A stretch of DNA of 63,512 nucleotides from Chara braunii (taxonomy: Eukaryota > Plantae > Charophyceae). Positions 1-13,190 of the stretch are shown here, one piece after another; within the stretch, counting starts at the first letter, position 1, and each line of letters begins with the position of its first letter. The stretch spans positions 2,175,941 through 2,239,452 of the forward strand of contig BFEA01000020.1 of assembly GCA_003427395.1 (NCBI GenBank), written 5' to 3'. Both the position numbers and the translations under genes were made by a program. The notes beneath the pieces were generated by a model. The model ran no database searches, was not told the DNA's origin, and worked only from the letters and a program-made list of their open reading frames with translations.

Positions 1-1892
1 CCCCCGGGCAACTCGTCCCCCCCCCAAACCAGAATTTTATTGCAGATTCGGGGTCCTCTCGCCGAGCACAGGATGACCCCGCCTTCAAAAAGAAATAATA
101 ATAAATTTCTGGGCTGTTTTTTTGCCGGCCCAGTTTGCCCGGGCGGCGTTTAGTGACATCAGGGCCTGCCTGAACATATGCCAAAGTCGTGGCCTTTCTG
201 GTGTCAGCTGTGTTGTGACAGGCCTAGTGCATCACCTAGGCCGGTCCCTCCGGCTCGGTTGGTGTCGTTTGGGTCTGAGTCTTCAAGTTTAAAGCACCGC
301 ACTGGTACTCTTCGAGTCAGAATGACTCTCAGTGACCGATAAGATCAGATCGCTAGTCCAAGATCAATTTTTTGGGGGGCCCACTGTTTGCAACGACAGC
401 GGACTTGCCACGCCCAGCAGCGGCTGCCCCTTTTGTAACATTACTTATTTTTCCCGAGATGGTGTTGAAACTGCGCTTGAACAACTGCTTCTTGTTTGCT
501 CAATCTTATATTTGCAACCCCTGATTATAATCTGCAGACTGCTATTTGCAGAGATTTTATGAGCCTTGGTGTTTCCGTGCCCCCTGCTGGTGGCCGTCGT
601 TTCTACGATTGTTGTGTCATGTTTCATGCCCTGTGTTTGCTGTTCGAGTTCACTACTCTTCATCTAAGCTTTGAGCCCGTAAGATTTCGGTTGAGTCTGG
701 TTCAGTCTCAAGAATTGGGTCTGGTCCTGCAGATTGAATTTGTTAAGTCCTGAGTCTGCTCAGTCCTTTGAGCTAGCTGAATCCGTACTCAGGTCTGCCC
801 AAGCACTTGAGTTCCCTGAGTCCCTACTCGGTATGCTGGCTTTGCTGGAGTTCACCTATTCTTTTTGAAGTCCCCTGAGTCCCTATTCAGTATGCTGACT
901 TTGCTTGAGTCCACCTATTCTTTCTGGGTCAAGTGCAAGCCTGCTCCTAAATCTTATCCAAGTTCCTGAATCCTGTCCAAGTTCACTGTGGGTTTGCGTT
1001 CTCTGAGATCAGATGATCTTCGCCCGAGATGGCTGAGCTTTCAGCTTCTGAATTACTTGTACTCATAGTTCCGCTAACACAGCGGTAATTATCTATGCAT
1101 GAGTAGCCAATGACAAACCGGCTTAAGTGGTGAAAATTCATATCAGCCGTAGGGAGAGTGACAGGCTGCGACGGAATTGACTGAAGTAGTGACACGTCCA
1201 TCCTTCCTTCACGCTGTCGTAGGACCCAGCAGCAACCGACCATGTACCCAGTGAGGGCCATGCACATATGCCTTTCCATCAGGCAGATTCTGATCCACCC
1301 TCCAGGTGACCACTCACAGTGTCCCTGGTTCACTCAAGCCAACAGGGTGGATGCATCTGCTTGTCGAGGGCAGATGCACACTCAGAGGGCTTGGTCTCAT
1401 CTCCATGGACCGGGTCATCTTCTTGCAGCTGGCTCATTCAGTCCACTTCAGGCAGCGTGTGGGAATTAGGCTCTCCTCTCACTCAGGCAGTTTCAGCCAA
1501 ACATTTTCCAGTAAGGGTATGAATGGATTAGTCATTAGATAAAACGAAATAGCCAATAGATGAAGTAGAATAGCCAATAGTTGCCGTCTTTCCTGCAGGC
1601 AATTTGCTACAACGAATCTGGGAAGAAGCACGCCCAGATTAATACAAGATTTCATCTAGTTTAGTGGCCCAAGCATCCCAACGTCCTCCGGCTGTCTCTC
1701 TCTTCTCTCTCAATACACTCTCTCACATGCCGACCTTCAAGCACAAAAATCCCCGTTGGAGTGAAAGTTTCAACTCTGATAGTGAATGCACCTGGCCCTG
1801 TGACCACATTCATTTATCAGCCTCCTGGTTACACACGAGTCTGATTCTCATATCTGCTCATAGTCCACCCTCTTTCGTGTCTGCTCCCTTCT

Positions 1893-1894
<2 letters not shown>

Positions 1895-1990
<96 letters not shown>
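1895..1990. repeat. Compound (CT)n(GT)n microsatellite
   Basis: Directly visible dinucleotide runs. Confidence 0.95.
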
Positions 1991-1991
<1 letters not shown>

Positions 1992-3002
1992 CTGTACACA
2001 GCTTGAGCAGGCTGCAGCTCCGTTCATCTATTAAACTGGCCTTTGAGTTAGGGCTGTGCTAGGGGGGAAGGCAGCGACCAGAGGCCAAAACGGCGGGTCT
2101 AGTCCCACAATTTGAAGGCAGTGACTTTGCCGATTTTGCACGCTTAGAAGAATTCACCGAAAATTCTGAAATTTTGATCGTTGGTAGATTAGGTTGTAAT
2201 CTTTCCAGGAAAAATATCAGAAATAAATAAACAAATCACTTTGACCGTGAAACAATCACCGCGCCAATTCGTTCCATATTCCAGTTTTACCACAGTGCCC
2301 TTTGTAGGCCAATGCGAAAAGTACTCCAGCTTCTGCAATTTTTCCTGCTCGAAAGAATGTGTCAAAGACTCTGAGAATTTGAAGTCCTGTAGATTTGCTC
2401 GTGATCTTTCCTAGAAACATAACTGAAAAATTAGGAAAAATCATTTTGACCGAGAAACAATCGCCACGCCGATGCTGTGCTTGTTCTAGTTTTGCCATTA
2501 TGTAGGCCAACGGGAAAAATACTCCAAATTTTGTGTTCCACAGGCCCCTTCGTGTATTTCAGTAACCGTGTGTCCGGGATATTTCCCCACTTCCGCATGT
2601 GATTGGAAGACTAATTAGTCTCCCCGTGTGCTGATTAGGTAGAAAAATATTCCCCTTCGGTGCGCCTCTTCATGCGCGATTGAGGAGCTTACCCCCGTTG
2701 CTGTGAGTTGGTCACCGTGCACTCCAGATCCTGCATGGGTGATTACCATGCACTCAAATATTGCACACTCATCCCCGTTCGCTGGTACGTGCGTCCTTGG
2801 TCCATCTTCTTCCGCTCCCCGTACGTCTGAAGGCAGCACACCTCGTGTGCCAGCACGCTCGCAAGTCCGAAGTGTCCAGCCATCGGGCCCAGTTCGACTT
2901 ATAACGTTTGTTGGGCCCAACGGCGTGGGCCTCAGCACTTCAGTGCCTCTAAACGTCGACGGGTGTCAGGAGATTTGCAGCGCCCCGGTACCGAGGCTCT
3001 CA

Positions 3003-3912
3003 CAAATGGTTAACGGGGACCCCCAGTTTCAGGCCCTGGGTAATGAGTCCAAAACTGAAATTAGGGTTTCGGGGTCAAATTTTATGTTTTTTGAATTTTT
3101 TGTTTTTGGCCTCTTCTTGTTTTCGTTCAAGGTTGTTCTGCGCCAAATTTTGTGTCATTTGGAGAATTGGAATTTCCTATGTTAAGACTTTTGAAATTTC
3201 TCAAGATTTCTAAAATTGCAATGTTGGCGAAATTTCATGAAAATGCACTTTTGCCTTGCTGTTTTATTTGTTTTTTATTATGTTTTTTTGGATTTTTTTT
3301 TGCAGTTAGTGAGTATTTTCCATGAGCGCAACTGACGACCGCTTTTCCCACAAAAGCCGTGTTTTCCATAGGTTCGTCGGCGGACTGTTTTTTCGGGATG
3401 GACCTTATTTTCCATAGGCGCATCGGTGAGCTGCATTTCCAAGGCCCCGGAATTAGGCTGGAAAATCAAGTACGGTACCTGACCTTTTTCCTTTCCCGAC
3501 ACTATGACCCGCTTGGTGCCACACATGATTTTTCGGGGCCAAAATGGGCTCGAGACTAGGCTTGGGCAGAGCCTCGAGAGAAGGTTAACGGAGACCCTAA
3601 TTTTCAGACCACTTGAACAAGTAAAACAGCAAGGCAAAAGTGCATTTTCATGAAATTTCGCCAACATTTCACTTTCAGAAATCTTGAGAAATTTCAGAAA
3701 TCTTAACAAAGGAAATTCCAATCCTCCAAATAACACAAACTTTGGCACACAACAACTTTGAACCAAAACAAGAAGAGGCCAAAGAAAAAAAAATAAAAAA
3801 ACATAAAATTTGACCCCGAAACCCTAATTTCAGTTTTGGTACAAATGATTAACGGGGACCCTCAGTTTCAGGCCTTGGGTAACGAGTCAAAAACTGAAAT
3901 TAGGGTTTCGGG
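3003..3912. repeat. Foldback/MITE-like unit with ~220-bp inverted arms
   Basis: About 3050-3270 is the reverse complement of about 3620-3838 (aatttcatgaaaatgcacttttgccttgctg / cagcaaggcaaaagtgcattttcatgaaatt). The motif at 3003-3070 recurs directly at 3841-3912. Confidence 0.75.
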
Positions 3913-4939
3913 CTAGGAAGATTCCCATGACCGGCCGGTCCCATGCCCGGGTATCCCGGTCGTCAAAAAAAAGTGCCCATAATTTTTTATTTATTTATTT
4001 TTTTCGCGGGGTTGTTCCGTGCTCAGTCTGTGCACCGCAAATCCGGGGTCTTTTTTTTTTTTGGTGACTTCCGGCCCGGGGGGGTTCANNNNNNNNNNNN
4101 NNNNNNNNNNNNNNNNNNNNNNNNNNNNNNNNNNNNNNNNNNNNNNNNNNNNNNNNNNNNNNNNNNNNNNNNNNNNNNNNNNNNNNNNNNNNNNNNNNNN
4201 NNNNNNNNNNNNNNNNNNNNNNNNNNNNNNNNNNNNNNNNNNNNNNNNNNNNNNNNNNNNNNNNNNNNNNNNNNNNNNNNNNNNNNNNNNNNNNNNNNNN
4301 NNNNNNNNNNNNNNNNNNNNNNNNNNNNNNNNNNNNNNNNNNNNNNNNNNNNNNNNNNNNNNNNNNNNNNNNNNNNNNNNNNNNNNNNNNNNNNNNNNNN
4401 NNNNNNNNNNNNNNNNNNNNNNNNNNNNNNNNNNNNNNNNNNNNNNNNNNNNNNNNNNNNNNNNNNNNNNNNNNNNNNNNNNNNNNNNNNNNNNNNNNNN
4501 NNNNNNNNNNNNNNNNNNNNNNNNNNNNNNNNNNNNNNNNNNNNNNNNNNNNNNNNNNNNNNNNNNNNNNNNNNNNNNNNNNNNNNNNNNNNNNNNNNNN
4601 NNNNNNNNNNNNNNNNNNNNNNNNNNNNNNNNNNNNNNNNNNNNNNNNNNNNNNNNNNNNNNNNNNNNNNNNNNNNNNNNNNNNNNNNNNNNNNNNNNNN
4701 NNNNNNNNNNNNNNNNNNNNNNNNNNNNNNNNNNNNNNNNNNNNNNNNNNNNNNNNNNNNNNNNNNNNNNNNNNNNNNNNNNNNNNNNNNNNNNNNNNNN
4801 NNNNNNNNNNNNNNNNNNNNNNNNNNNNNNNNNNNNNNNNNNNNNNNNNNNNNNNNNNNNNNNNNNNNNNNNNNNNNNNNNNNNNNNNNNNNNNNNNNNN
4901 NNNNNNNNNNNNNNNNNNNNNNNNNNNNNNNNNNNNNNN

Positions 4940-4981
<42 letters not shown>

Positions 4982-5465
4982 AACACACACACAAACCGTC
5001 GATGGCCGACGACTGGCCGGCGGGCGATGGCGGCGGGCTCTTGAGGCAACGACAGGGTGTCTTCGGGGCTTCGTCGTCGTCGCGCGGGCTTCGATGGCTG
5101 ACTCCGCAGACGAACTCGTTTGCCCGCGCGTTTTCGCATCGGCAAACTCATCGTGCCGACGCGAAAACGCGCGGGCAAACTAATTTGAAATCCGCGAAAT
5201 CCAGTCATCGATCTTCGAGATCGACGGCCAGATCTCAGCGACGCGGCCAGTCACTTTTCGGGGCCCCCGAAGGCCGAAATTGTTTTTTGGCCGGTGGTAC
5301 CGGCCACGACGAACCCCGGAGCATCCCCCAGACCCCGAAAAAAAAAAATTCGGGCCTTGCGCAAAACCGGCCCGGGGGCCCGACTGGGGGTGCTGACCGG
5401 CCAAGCGCCCAGGTGCCATTCCGGTCGAGAATTTGACACCCGGGCGCCCGGAAAATCGCCCTAGA

Positions 5466-5830
5466 TTTCGGGGTCAAATTTTATGTTTTTTGAAAAAAAA
5501 AAAATTGGCCTTTTCTTGTTTTGGTTTAAGGTTGCTGTGTGCCAAATTTTGTGTCATTTGGAGGATTGGAATTTCCTTAGTTAAGATTTCTGAAATTTCT
5601 CAAGATTGCTGAAAGTGAAATGCTGGCGAAATTTCATGAAAATGCACTTTTGCCTTGCTGTTTTACTTGTTTTTCATTATATTTTTTTGAATTTTGTTTT
5701 GCAGTTAATTAGTATGGTCTCCACTCTATGAATTGGTGGCAAGTTTGATTAAAATGACCCTCTGGTTTTCTTATAAATGGCATGGCAAGTGGTCTGAAAA
5801 TTAGGGGACCCCCAGTTTCAGGCCCTGGGT
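5466..5830 (+). repeat. Third copy of the same AT-rich repeat arm
   Basis: tttcggggtcaaattttatgttttttga...gcagtta matches 3067-3308, and ggggacccccagtttcaggccctggg at ~5804 matches 3015. Confidence 0.75.
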
Positions 5831-5908
5831 TACGAAAAAAGGGGGAAAGATAGGGAGGGTGCGAAGGAACAAAGGGAGGAATCAAGAGGTGGAACGGTGG
5901 AGTAAAGA

Positions 5909-6235
5909 CTATCAGGGGGAGTGTGGCTGTGAAGGTTGTGCCGCAGGAGTGTGGCTGTGAAGGTTGTGCCGCAGGAGGAAGGGGTCATGGTTCCCCACAA
6001 GGTAGCACCGGTCCAGCCCCCCAAAAGCAAGGTAAGGGTAGTGGTGGTTATGCCCTTGCCAATTACAATAATGCACGCGGTGGTCTTTCCCTACCACGTG
6101 CATTATTATAATTGGCAAGGGCATAACCACCACTACCCTTAGCTTGCTTTTGGGGGGCTGGACCGGTGCTACCTCATGGTGAACCATGACCCCTTCCTCC
6201 TGCGGCACAACCTTCACAGCCACTCCCCCTGATAG
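5909..6235. repeat. Long near-perfect palindrome at the end of a gag relic
   Basis: Arms 5909-6081 and 6093-6235 are reverse complements around an ~11-nt spacer; the left arm carries an extra ~30-bp tandem duplication. Confidence 0.9.
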
Positions 6236-7335
6236 CCCCGTCCTCTTCCTCCCCAACCACAAACTACAGCAGCATAGTCACCTCCCTAAGCTTCACTACG
6301 GTCTTCGTCTAATCCATACTCATTCTTATCGTACTAGGGCCTCACAACCTCCTTCTTGAAACGTCACTAAGTTGTCCTCGCCCTTGATGTTCCCTCAAAT
6401 AGTCTTAGCTTTCCAACTTTTCCCTTTTTCTAGATCCTTGTACCAATGGAAGCTTGCGTCTAGGAGGAAGCCTGCTTACTTTGCTGCCAACTTACTGAAC
6501 CCGTCATAAGTCATACCCTCCTTTATTTTTGGATAGAGGTTATTCTTTATAACCTCAGGCATGGATCGTGCAAAGTTAGTCAAAATGTGGTTGGGGGTCA
6601 GTCCATGATCAGGGGTTTGTAACAACTCATCCATGGTGGCCTTCAATGCTGATACACTCTTCCATTTCGTAAGATGGTTACTGTTAAGCTTATCGACGGT
6701 CTTCATAGTGCTACTCTTATCCTCAACGGAGGGCTTCTAAGAAGGTCTTTAAATCCGTTTGTTGGGAATAAGCTACCATATTATGCCCGCAACCTGCTGC
6801 AGTTGCTAATGAGATCGCATAATCAGCAGCGGCACCGCCTAACCAAGAATGGGTCATCAGAACCTTGTCTACATCTAGGATTAACTGCGCATATACGTGG
6901 GACTGGACTGTTGCCTCCCATCTATCAAAATTTTCTTCCTTCTTCCCTGTGTATGTTTCAGGGAGCTTAACCTTTATCTTCTTTCTCCTGGTCTGACCTC
7001 CTCCTATCTGGCTTCCTTCTCTAGTGGCACGATCTCCTTTATCGGGTATCTTACTACTTCCTTTCAATGCCCTTTCCTCAGCCATAGTCTTCACTATCGT
7101 CTAAGTAGTTAACTGCTCTAGCTGAATGGCGGAGGAGGATGTCCTCTCGTTAACTTGTTGAAGACAGCCGCAGTGAAATCTTTCCATCTACCTTGCAACT
7201 CCATTTGGACAGCATCCATCATCTCTACGGCCTTTCGGAGTGCACCGGCCTCCAGACTGGTGTGCATGACAACATCGGTATGGAGGGACAATTTGCGCTT
7301 TAAATCTTCTGGCTTCACTTTCCGCACAAGAACCT
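6093..7335 (-). pseudogene. gag: Decayed Ty3/Gypsy gag (capsid-like), frameshifted
   Basis: KVKLPETYTGKKEENFDRWEATVQ...SWLGGAAADY is a retrotransposon-gag-like capsid N-terminus. It is split over ORFs 7118-7335, 6723-7094 and 6476-6706 and ends in a Gly-rich tail. Confidence 0.7.
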
Positions 7336-7339
7336 TGTG

Positions 7340-7368
7340 TGCACACACACACACACATACACACAAAC

Positions 7369-7435
<67 letters not shown>

Positions 7436-7505
7436 GTGCGCGCGTGCAGCTGCGCGCAGCTCCCGCGCAGCTCCCCGCAGCGCCGCGCAGCTCCCCGCTT
7501 GCGCA

Positions 7506-7555
<50 letters not shown>
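7340..7555. repeat. (CA)n/(CT)n/(CA)n compound microsatellite
   Basis: Directly visible. Confidence 0.9.
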
Positions 7556-7558
<3 letters not shown>

Positions 7559-10331
7559 AATCAAACCTTTTTTTTCAAGTTTTTTGTTTATTTATTTTCA
7601 AATTTTGCATCTTTATTTTTCTAAAACACCTCATACCCCTGCAAAAAACAGAAATTCATTTCTAAAAAATACAGGTGAACTCAGGGACCATATATCTGAT
7701 GATAAAAAATGACAAAAAAAAAATCCAGCTTTTCTTTATTTTTTTTTTATTTTTTTTTTAAATCGAATTTAGTTTTTGATTTTTTAAAAATCCTAAACAA
7801 AGTCGGATTTCAAAAAAACAAAAATGGGGTTGTAGGGCTTAAAATTCCCTACAACCACATATTTGTTTTTTTTTTTGGCCTATTATTTAATTCAGGAAAA
7901 ATCTGGTAAAATCGGGTTCGCGGCGCGGACCCGATAGGCCGCGGAGGTGGCCGTGAATACGTCCGCCCTCCGAGCTCGGCCCCGCGGATGCGTCCGTGGG
8001 TGTTTCATAGGGCCGGTGGGGAGATTATCAGGGTTTGACTAAGTTGAGGGGCGAAGGAGAAGGGGCATGCGGCGAACAAGGAATGCGTACCTGTAGGTGT
8101 GGAGCAACATCGAGGAGCTTCATCAAGGGAACGTTCAGGAGTGAAGTGCTTCGCCCCCCCAGGCCCTATTATTGATGTTTTCATGAATTTCGTTGTTGTT
8201 TGAAGTACCTTCTCACTTTCTTGGAGGTGCTGCTGCTCGTCAATTTCGTTGATGTCATCATCTGTAATTGTCCCTGTGTCAGCCACTAGATTTGCTTGAG
8301 CTTGTGTGTCAGCCCAGAGGACTGAATCTCTCCTCGAGGAAAGACTCCCTCCTCTGTGGGGAAGTGGTTAGGGTTGCCGACCTACCTGGGGGCATGCGTA
8401 CCAAGTGGGACCCTAACCCCGTGAGTTAAGGGACTCGTATATGCTCTAGGTCTAGGTTAGTAACTCGTTAGCTGGCCTGTAGCAGGCTAAGTAGGGCGTG
8501 CACGGTAGAAGTCCATCTGGACAAGCGAGGCAAGGGTTCGATTTCCCAATGACCAATATTGAATGGCTTGCACTCCTATCTAGATGGCAGCTACAGCTTA
8601 GCCTGAGCCATGTGCCACACAATAAGGAGTTAATACGTCTTGAGAGCAATCCTTTGGACGGTGGCCACGACCTAAAACAGCTGGTTGGCCACCAGTCTTC
8701 TAGGGGAGCTGTAGTGACAACATTTGGAAGGGAAGTAGACTGCCAGACCCTCGTTAGGTTCAAGTTTTGAGAAGTCGGTTTTGAGGGAATATGACAATAT
8801 GTCTAAGTGGTGAGGAGACGGAAACTTACCTCTGTGCTTACCCATCTTCATGGATGACTATCCAATGTTGGCTTTCCTCGCGCTCTCTGTGCTATTGTGG
8901 GCCTTCCTGCGGCTCTTTTTCCCTCTAGGCTTTCACGGGACCACCGGCATGACTGTAGTTAGTAGGTCTGGGAAGGTTACGGAACCTTATAGGCTTATAC
9001 GCTCGAAGAACAAGTAGAGATAGACTGGACGTTGAGAGAGGAGGAGGAGAAGGCTTGAAAGAAAGAAGTGGAGTTTAAGCAAAAAATAGAAAAAGAAAAG
9101 AAGACATTGGAGACGGAGATGGCAAGGCAGCTGAAAGAAAAGATGTTGGCGCAGCTGGAGGAGGAGAAGAAGCAGATCGTTGAGGAGGAGGAGCATGTGG
9201 ACTTGAGGGCTAAAACTGGAAAGGAAGGTCCAGTGGAGTATGTGATCCCCAAGGAGGAAGAAGGTGGGGAGTGCAGTTATGGAACTACACTGCAGATCGA
9301 GTAGGTAGACGCTGCGGCATGGGCTAGCCAGTTTGACTATGGGCTAGAGCGGTGTCGAGCGCATCGGTCCCACAAACGGGACCCTCCCGGCCGCGTCACG
9401 CAAAATTTGCAGGACTTCGTCGTAAAGCGTTGCCGCTCCGGCCGAGTGCGCCAGCTATACCTCTCGTGAACCCCTACAACAGGATAGGGTCACGCGAGGT
9501 ACAACTTACCTCCACCTGCGGGAGCTGTCACCATCCCTTAGGTGGGTGTATCCCCGCTGAGCTACCGAACCACATGTGAGGGCTTCTCGTATGCAATCGC
9601 AGAGGTGGCCCGACCGAGGGTGTTTCTTGTTTGCTGTAGCATAGGGGGTACATGCGGTTAACGCCCGAATCAGGCCCGTGCGCGAACCGTCGCCTGAGGC
9701 GCTGATCTCTCGGACACAATCCTACGCCAGTCGACTAGGACAGCCAAATTTAACCACGCGACACATCTCACAAAAACAAGATCGAACTCTCTTACGTAAA
9801 TCGCGCCTAGTCCCTTTTTCACATTTGACTCATAACTTCTAATAACTTAAACGGTTGGTGTCGCGCACAAGATTTTGAATAAATATCGCGGCGACATAGA
9901 CCTTAGTCATATTGACTAGCCATGCAAGCATACACAAGCGGTCGCGACAATGGAGTACTATGTAGTACCCATAATCACGAGGTCCTCAGCGGTATCGAGG
10001 GGCATTTTCGACATTCAAGTGTCGGCTGACACGCGCCTTGAGGGGTCAATCTCTCGATGCTAGACAACCGCCTAGGCGGTTGAGAACCACACCCTCTTCT
10101 GCACCCTGTGGAGAGTGGGTGGTACACAGGTTTTGGCCTGTAGTGGCAGTCGGCTCTCGTGGCCTTGGGGGCGAGTTCCATCATCCAGGGCTTGAAGAGA
10201 AATCAAGGGGTTTGACTTTGACGACTGCCACAGACTTCCAACGTCCAACTATAACAAATCTAAAAAGCAAAAAGATAGAAGAGAATCTTCAAAGCATAAT
10301 CTGTTTAACTCTTACGCGCAGTCACTCAAGG

Positions 10332-10383
<52 letters not shown>
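10332..10383. repeat. (TA)n microsatellite
   Basis: Directly visible. Confidence 0.95.
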
Positions 10384-10386
<3 letters not shown>

Positions 10387-11553
10387 GGTTGTAAATACGA
10401 GACGATCACTTCTCACAATCATAGTGGGACTCCCTTCAACCATACGTATATGTGTGTGATAGCAAGCAGTCAAATCCAGAGCCCGAACCACAATCATACA
10501 TGCAATCACATCAAAGATTCAACTAAAGTCCATGCACTACACGAGGTCAACTTCAACTACTCCCTGCACTCACACCGTTTGCTTTAGCCATAAAAATCTC
10601 AGCCTTTGTCCGACCTTCCAAAGGAAAAACACTCAGTCCTCTTTTAAATGGCCATTTAATAAAAGTCTAGGTAAAACCCTAAAGAAACATTTGAACCCAC
10701 AGGGTTAAGACCTTAGGTTGAGTAGTGAGAATGAGTTAGAGTTGAACCGAGAACCGATCCGTTATCAAAGGATAACAGAAGATGATCCAACTAGGATCAA
10801 CTGAAAGCTAGTCAAACTTCAAATCAATCCGAAATAAGAGTGACCTACAACACAGCACAGGCCAATGCCCAAACTATGCTCGAGTGATTTTGAAATAATC
10901 CTGCCTTTCTAACTTACCTCCGACACTCATATGAAAATATCAGGAATTTCGACAGTATCTCCTCTACGCGAGGACAGACTGTCAAACTCTCAAGGTTCCA
11001 AAACATTCTAATTCCTCTATATTCCAAGAAATTTCGGTAGCGTTTTCCGTAGGAAAAGTGCCTTTGCATAATTTATATAAGACTAAATATAAAATCTGAA
11101 AGTAATCCTGACTTCACAAAGTCAAATTTTGTCTAACTCCCCGATTTAGTAAAAAATTGGGCAGCATCTCCTTTAGAAAGGTAGGCTTCCCAGATTTGTA
11201 CTAAGTCATATATGAAGTCAGAAAAGTTGAACTCTGTGAAAGACACAATTAATCAACTCCTTGGATTTGCAGAAATTTTGGCTGCGCTTCTTATTGAACT
11301 AAGTAAAATAAAGTTAACTTAGAAAAATGTCGGAATTGATCTAACTCCTACAGCTCTAGCACATGGCGAGCATCTAAAGCACTACCTATCAAAACTATGA
11401 CTCGGAACAAGCAGAACTCACACTCAGCCACATGCAATTCCATACCACAATAAGTAAGTACTCTCACCAATTCCCCGAGTTGTTGTCACACAAGTAGTTC
11501 ATCATCTCTCAGTTGAGTAAAACCCTGATACCCCAGTTCACATATGACATAAG

Positions 11554-12036
11554 AAGGTTGGGCCAAATCGAAGCCACATTGCTTAACCTTTGCCTGTGTA
11601 TACACAAAACAAACGGCACGACTACTTCTCTCTTCTTTAGGAAGTTAGCTAGACCAAATCGAAGCCACATTGTCTAGCCTTGGCAAATGTTTAATATCCA
11701 AGGTTATAATAACTCTTTGAATCCATTTAATCTTTTGAAGACTAAGACTGAGCCAAACCGAAGCCACATTGCTTAGTTCTCTGTCCAAACATCCCTCAGA
11801 AAGAAACAACCAGTTGGATTTGGCTGAAGCCACATTACCCAACTCTTAAAACCCTTTCCACAGGCAAATCACCATAAAAATAGCAACCAGGCCTGACCGA
11901 AGCCACACTGTCTAGCTGCTTAGATAACAACTTACAGGGGTTTGACAATCAGACCTGACTGAAGCCACATTGTCTGACTATCAGAAACACAAACAAGACG
12001 ACAGCCATGCCTGACCGAAGCCACATTGCTTGGCTG
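11554..12036 (-). ncRNA. Array of 7 stem-loops with a conserved 17-nt head and covarying basal stems
   Basis: GAAGCCACA core at 11570, 11661, 11760, 11826, 11899, 11961 and 12017. Each is enclosed by a different self-complementary stem, and the spacers are unique. Confidence 0.7.
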
Positions 12037-12944
12037 CAGAAGAAATAGAAATAAACAAAGGAGACCCAAATCATTGCAGGCAAAACTACTTTTCTCCCAC
12101 TTTCCCCCAGTTCACTCCCTTTAGAATATGGTTTCAGACAAGCAAAAGAAAAAGAAAATTGAAGTTTGCGCATCCATTCCTTTAGTTAATTCTGACTTAG
12201 TCTAGGAAAGTCAATAGGGATGCATTCGGTTTAATCAAACATTCATAGATAGATGTATTCATGAGGGTTTTAATTGGGGTTTACAGAAGTCGTCGAAGAA
12301 TTACCTAATACCTCTTGGTTCCCTGCCTCCAGAACTCCTCCTGAGTTCCGGTAGAGCTCCCGCAATCGGTGGGAAGATTCCCCACAGAGTCTTGATGCAA
12401 TCCTACGGGTTGCAATCCCGCCTGCCGCCTTCCTCTCGTAACCTTAAACCAGCCTTAGAGTAAGAAGGGCAAAAGGAGGGGTTTCAAACGCTCAAGATAA
12501 AAGAGAGGGACAAACTCAACTCGTAGGAGAGGGCCTTGATATCTTCATGCGTCTGAGGGCCTCGCAATGGTGGCCAATAAACGTAGTGAGATCGCCAAAC
12601 AACAACCAAGCGTAGAACAAATGGCACCCTAATGATCCTTCAAGTCGTAGTAGCAACCCCCTTGCCGCAGCAGTGACCCCTCTCGCAGAGCCTGATCACT
12701 TCCCGAAGTCGTGGTCCTGTCCCCTCTAGTCGATATGCTGCTACAAAGCCTAGAAAGGTTGTGTTTGAATAGAGCACACCCTCGTGCTTTTAGTTGAACA
12801 CGGGCTATAACGGTCCAGTATGGGTCGGTGATTGCCACAACAACACCTCCATTCCCAACAGTCACATCCATCACCAACTAACCGCCGTAGCCGCAACCCA
12901 GAAACTAGTCAGTGCTAGTTTTACCTGAGAAAACTACAGTCCAT

Positions 12945-13190
12945 TATTTGCTGAGAAAGAACACAGTGCGCTATTTATTGAGAAAGAGCACAATGTATTG
13001 TCGCCGAGAAGGAGCACAATCTGCTGTTTACTAAGAAGGAGCACAGTCCGCTGTTGGCTGAGAAGGAGCACAGTCCGCTGTTGGCTGAGAAGGAGCACAT
13101 TCCGCTATTGGCTGAGAAGGAGCACAGTCCGCTGTTGGCTGAGAAGGAGCACAGTCCGCTGTTGGCTGAGAAGGAGCATAGTCCGCTACT
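12945..13190. repeat. 30-bp minisatellite, ~8 copies
   Basis: Unit GCTGAGAAGGAGCACAGTCCGCTGTTG plus variants. Confidence 0.9.

Noticed and set aside
983-1542. Overlapping short ORFs
   Set aside because: No motif support in any frame.
3943-5436. Long ORFs spanning N gaps (also at ~14 kb, 18.7 kb, 27 kb and 62.5 kb)
   Set aside because: They are open only because of N runs.
11554-12036. Calling the array a CRISPR locus
   Set aside because: The context is eukaryotic with no cas genes, unit lengths vary widely, and the stems vary while the loop is conserved, which is unlike CRISPR repeats.
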